Positions 15,163-17,046 of a stretch of DNA of 17,046 nucleotides are shown in pieces. The notes under the pieces are model-generated. The model saw nothing but the letters and a program-made list of their open reading frames with translations, was not told the origin of the DNA and made no database searches. Source of the stretch: an uncultured Aminicenantes bacterium (lineage in GTDB: Bacteria > Acidobacteriota > Aminicenantia > UBA2199); contig CBDAFS010000048.1 of NCBI GenBank assembly GCA_965195285.1, positions 1 through 17,046 of the forward strand. Direction: 5' to 3'. A program made the position numbers and the translations under genes. How positions within the stretch are numbered: the stretch's first letter is position 1; the number at the start of each line of letters is the position of its first letter.

Positions 15163-16479
15163 TTATAAATTTTCAGATAAATCTTTTCCCAACAACATCT
15201 CCAGTTCAGCAAGACGTTGGTTATAAGTGGCCAGTGACCGTTCATAAGCCAACTCAAAGCCGAGAAGCGTACGCTGGGAATCTATAAAATTTAAAAAATC
15301 CACTTTTCCGGCTTCAAATGCGGACTGGGTAACCGCCAAGGCTTGTTTGGCCTTGGGTATCAGAGCATCCCGGTAAAGTGATAATTTTCGTACGGAATCT
15401 TTTACCTTATAAAAGATCATTTCCACCTGGGACATTAAATTGTTCTCTTTTTCTTCTTTTTGCAGTTTAACCGACTTGTACCTGGCATTGGCCTCTCTTA
15501 CCGAGGCATTATATTTTTTATACTTTATTGGTAAATTTATAGACAGCATGGCCACCAGCGGATCCTTTCCGCTATCAACTACACCCGGCATTATGGTATT
15601 ACCGGTAAATATATAATCCAATCCAATGGAAAAATTCGGGTAATAGTTTTTTTTGGCCAGTTTTATGACAATTTTTTCTTTGGAGGTCATGTAACCCAAC
15701 GCCTTCAGGTCAGGATTATTTTCTTTCAACAGGGTGATTATTTGAGGATAATCCAATGTCATAGTTGTTCTGACGATGTTTTGCGGAACAGGTAAGGATT
15801 CATGGAGAGACCTGTTCAAAGCTGAATTTAGTTTGGCGGTAACCGGCCGGATCATATCCTTCATGGTGTTATACCAATCCTGCAACTTATCCAGTTCAAC
15901 CTGGACTTTTATCAAATTGGAGTGAGATGCTTTCCCAGTACTATATTTGATTCTAATGGCCCCTTCAAGGTATTCCAATAATTGTATATTTTCTTTGATA
16001 ACCAAAAGGGCTTTGGTAATATAATAGTACTCATAATAGGCATTTTTTACCCGGTAAAACAGATCTGATTTTACTTTCTCATAGTTTTGCTTCTGGGCAT
16101 TGGCCATTTCCGCTGCGGCGTTACCTTTTAGTTTCAGTTTACCGAACCAGGGGAACATCTGCATGATGCCTATTTTACTCCTTTGTGGCCCAACCCGGGT
16201 TTCAACCTCCTTGATGAAATAGGCAAAATTGAGTTTTGGGTCTGGCAGAGCCCGAACTTGAGGAATTCGCTCAAGAGCTGCCTGCCAGCGGTTAAATGCG
16301 GCTTTTAATCCCGGGTTATTCAAAAGAGCATAAGTGGACAAATCGGATAAAGACGATTCTTCCGTAATCTTTACCGGGGTAGGATTTATCTGTTCTCCAG
16401 CCAGCTGAAAACCAGAGATTATAAAAATAATATATACAACCAAAATGGCTATATATTTAGATAAAAATAATTTCTTCAT
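15163..16479 (-). CDS. TolC/CusC-family outer-membrane efflux protein
   Basis: Signal peptide, ALLNNPGLKAA..LPDP..QMFPWFGK, YYPNFSIG, AFEAGKVDFL. GGGAG lies upstream of ATG 16479. Confidence 0.9.
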   Translation of the reverse strand: MKKLFLSKYIAILVVYIIFIISGFQLAGEQINPTPVKITEESSLSDLSTYALLNNPGLKAAFNRWQAALERIPQVRALPDPKLNFAYFIKEVETRVGPQRSKIGIMQMFPWFGKLKLKGNAAAEMANAQKQNYEKVKSDLFYRVKNAYYEYYYITKALLVIKENIQLLEYLEGAIRIKYSTGKASHSNLIKVQVELDKLQDWYNTMKDMIRPVTAKLNSALNRSLHESLPVPQNIVRTTMTLDYPQIITLLKENNPDLKALGYMTSKEKIVIKLAKKNYYPNFSIGLDYIFTGNTIMPGVVDSGKDPLVAMLSINLPIKYKKYNASVREANARYKSVKLQKEEKENNLMSQVEMIFYKVKDSVRKLSLYRDALIPKAKQALAVTQSAFEAGKVDFLNFIDSQRTLLGFELAYERSLATYNQRLAELEMLLGKDLSENL

Positions 16480-16493
16480 TGGTTCTCTCCCGA

Positions 16494-16934
16494 TTATTTT
16501 TTTGGTCTGCAACACTCTTTATCACAGGGTTTTGACGCCTGTGAAAGCCGCATGTTTAATCCATCGATCAAACAACCACACTGATGGTCATTCAAATATT
16601 TTTTTACCTGAATAATTTCATCAATGGTATTTTGCTGTATTTTTTTTTGTAGAATGCTTATTTTTTCAATGCATTTTCCCGCTATTTCCCGGTTAACTTT
16701 ATCTGCTTTAAGCGCATTGATCAGCTCAATTTGGCACTCTCTGATTTCCTTTTTAATGCCTTCATTCTCTTTATGCAATTTCATATGAATTCTGTTTACT
16801 ACCTCGGTCTGCTTATTGGTCATATTCAGTTGAATATTATCTTTGAAAGATGTATGCCTCAGCAGATGAATCACAAAGGCAATATTAAAACTAATAGATA
16901 AAATAAAAACCACTCTTAAAATTATTCTGGCCAT
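16494..16934 (-). CDS. Periplasmic heavy-metal sensor-like protein (CnrX/Spy/CpxP/ZraP superfamily) with Cys-rich tail
   Basis: N-terminal TM with LSISFNIAF, L-x-M-T-x-x-Q, helical body and a late L-N-x-x-Q motif. GGAGG RBS; lies upstream of the efflux genes. Confidence 0.72.
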   Translation of the reverse strand: MARIILRVVFILSISFNIAFVIHLLRHTSFKDNIQLNMTNKQTEVVNRIHMKLHKENEGIKKEIRECQIELINALKADKVNREIAGKCIEKISILQKKIQQNTIDEIIQVKKYLNDHQCGCLIDGLNMRLSQASKPCDKECCRPKK

Positions 16935-17046
16935 TTTATACCCTCCATATACGCTTGACTGATACTTCCTGGAAATACCGGCTGAAATGGATTCTCATTC
17001 ATAGTGACAAGATGTGTTAGGTGAGGTTTTTCCTTACCTAGCCAGC
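16922..17046 (-). CDS. 3' end of an upstream gene entering from the edge (possible anti-sigma-like protein)
   Basis: Open frame WLGKEKPHLTHLVTMNENPFQPVFPGSISQAYMEGIKWPE-stop overlapping the sensor start. The function is guessed from context only. Confidence 0.5.
   Translation of the reverse strand, partial: WLGKEKPHLTHLVTMNENPFQPVFPGSISQAYMEGIKWPE

Noticed and set aside
15152-15257. Long N-terminal extension of cusB overlapping tolC (similar extensions at 7890, 7950, 6748, 1385, 16515)
   Set aside because: These are longest-ORF artefacts; downstream ATGs have clear RBSs and family-typical N-termini.
1-17046. CRISPR arrays, tRNA/rRNA, IS elements, riboswitches
   Set aside because: No spaced repeats, transposase or integrase motifs were seen, and the intergenic gaps are short and explained by promoters. 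A covariance-model search was not possible.

Overview
Gene-dense bacterial window with no RNA genes, mobile elements or CRISPR detected. The gene content suggests an anaerobe with an outer membrane. It holds four modules. (A) 1-3355, minus strand: a Fur-box-controlled operon of small, mostly uncharacterised Cys/Gly-rich proteins (double zinc-knuckle protein, DUF5320, orphan, Fur, CGGC, FmdB zinc ribbon, DUF4405) running into an IscU/NifU-type scaffold that is cut by the window edge. (B) 3388-7916, minus strand: thioredoxin, MarR and glutaredoxin, followed by DsrE2-like, TusA, a NarI/DsrM-type di-haem cytochrome b, an HdrD/DsrK/TmcB-type CCG Fe-S protein and an orphan. This is the best candidate for an undescribed system: a membrane quinol:persulfide oxidoreductase fed by TusA/DsrE, with no dsrC, dsrAB or cytochrome c partner in the window. 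(C) 8013-9179, plus strand: a secreted YHS protein with two all-Cys metal-binding repeats and an AT-rich, probably leaderless ECF sigma factor. (D) 9192-17046, minus strand: a possible anti-sigma fragment, a Cys-rich periplasmic metal sensor, TolC, a multi-domain CusB and an enlarged CusA (Cu/Ag efflux). All family calls come from motif recognition by eye; no searches were run.
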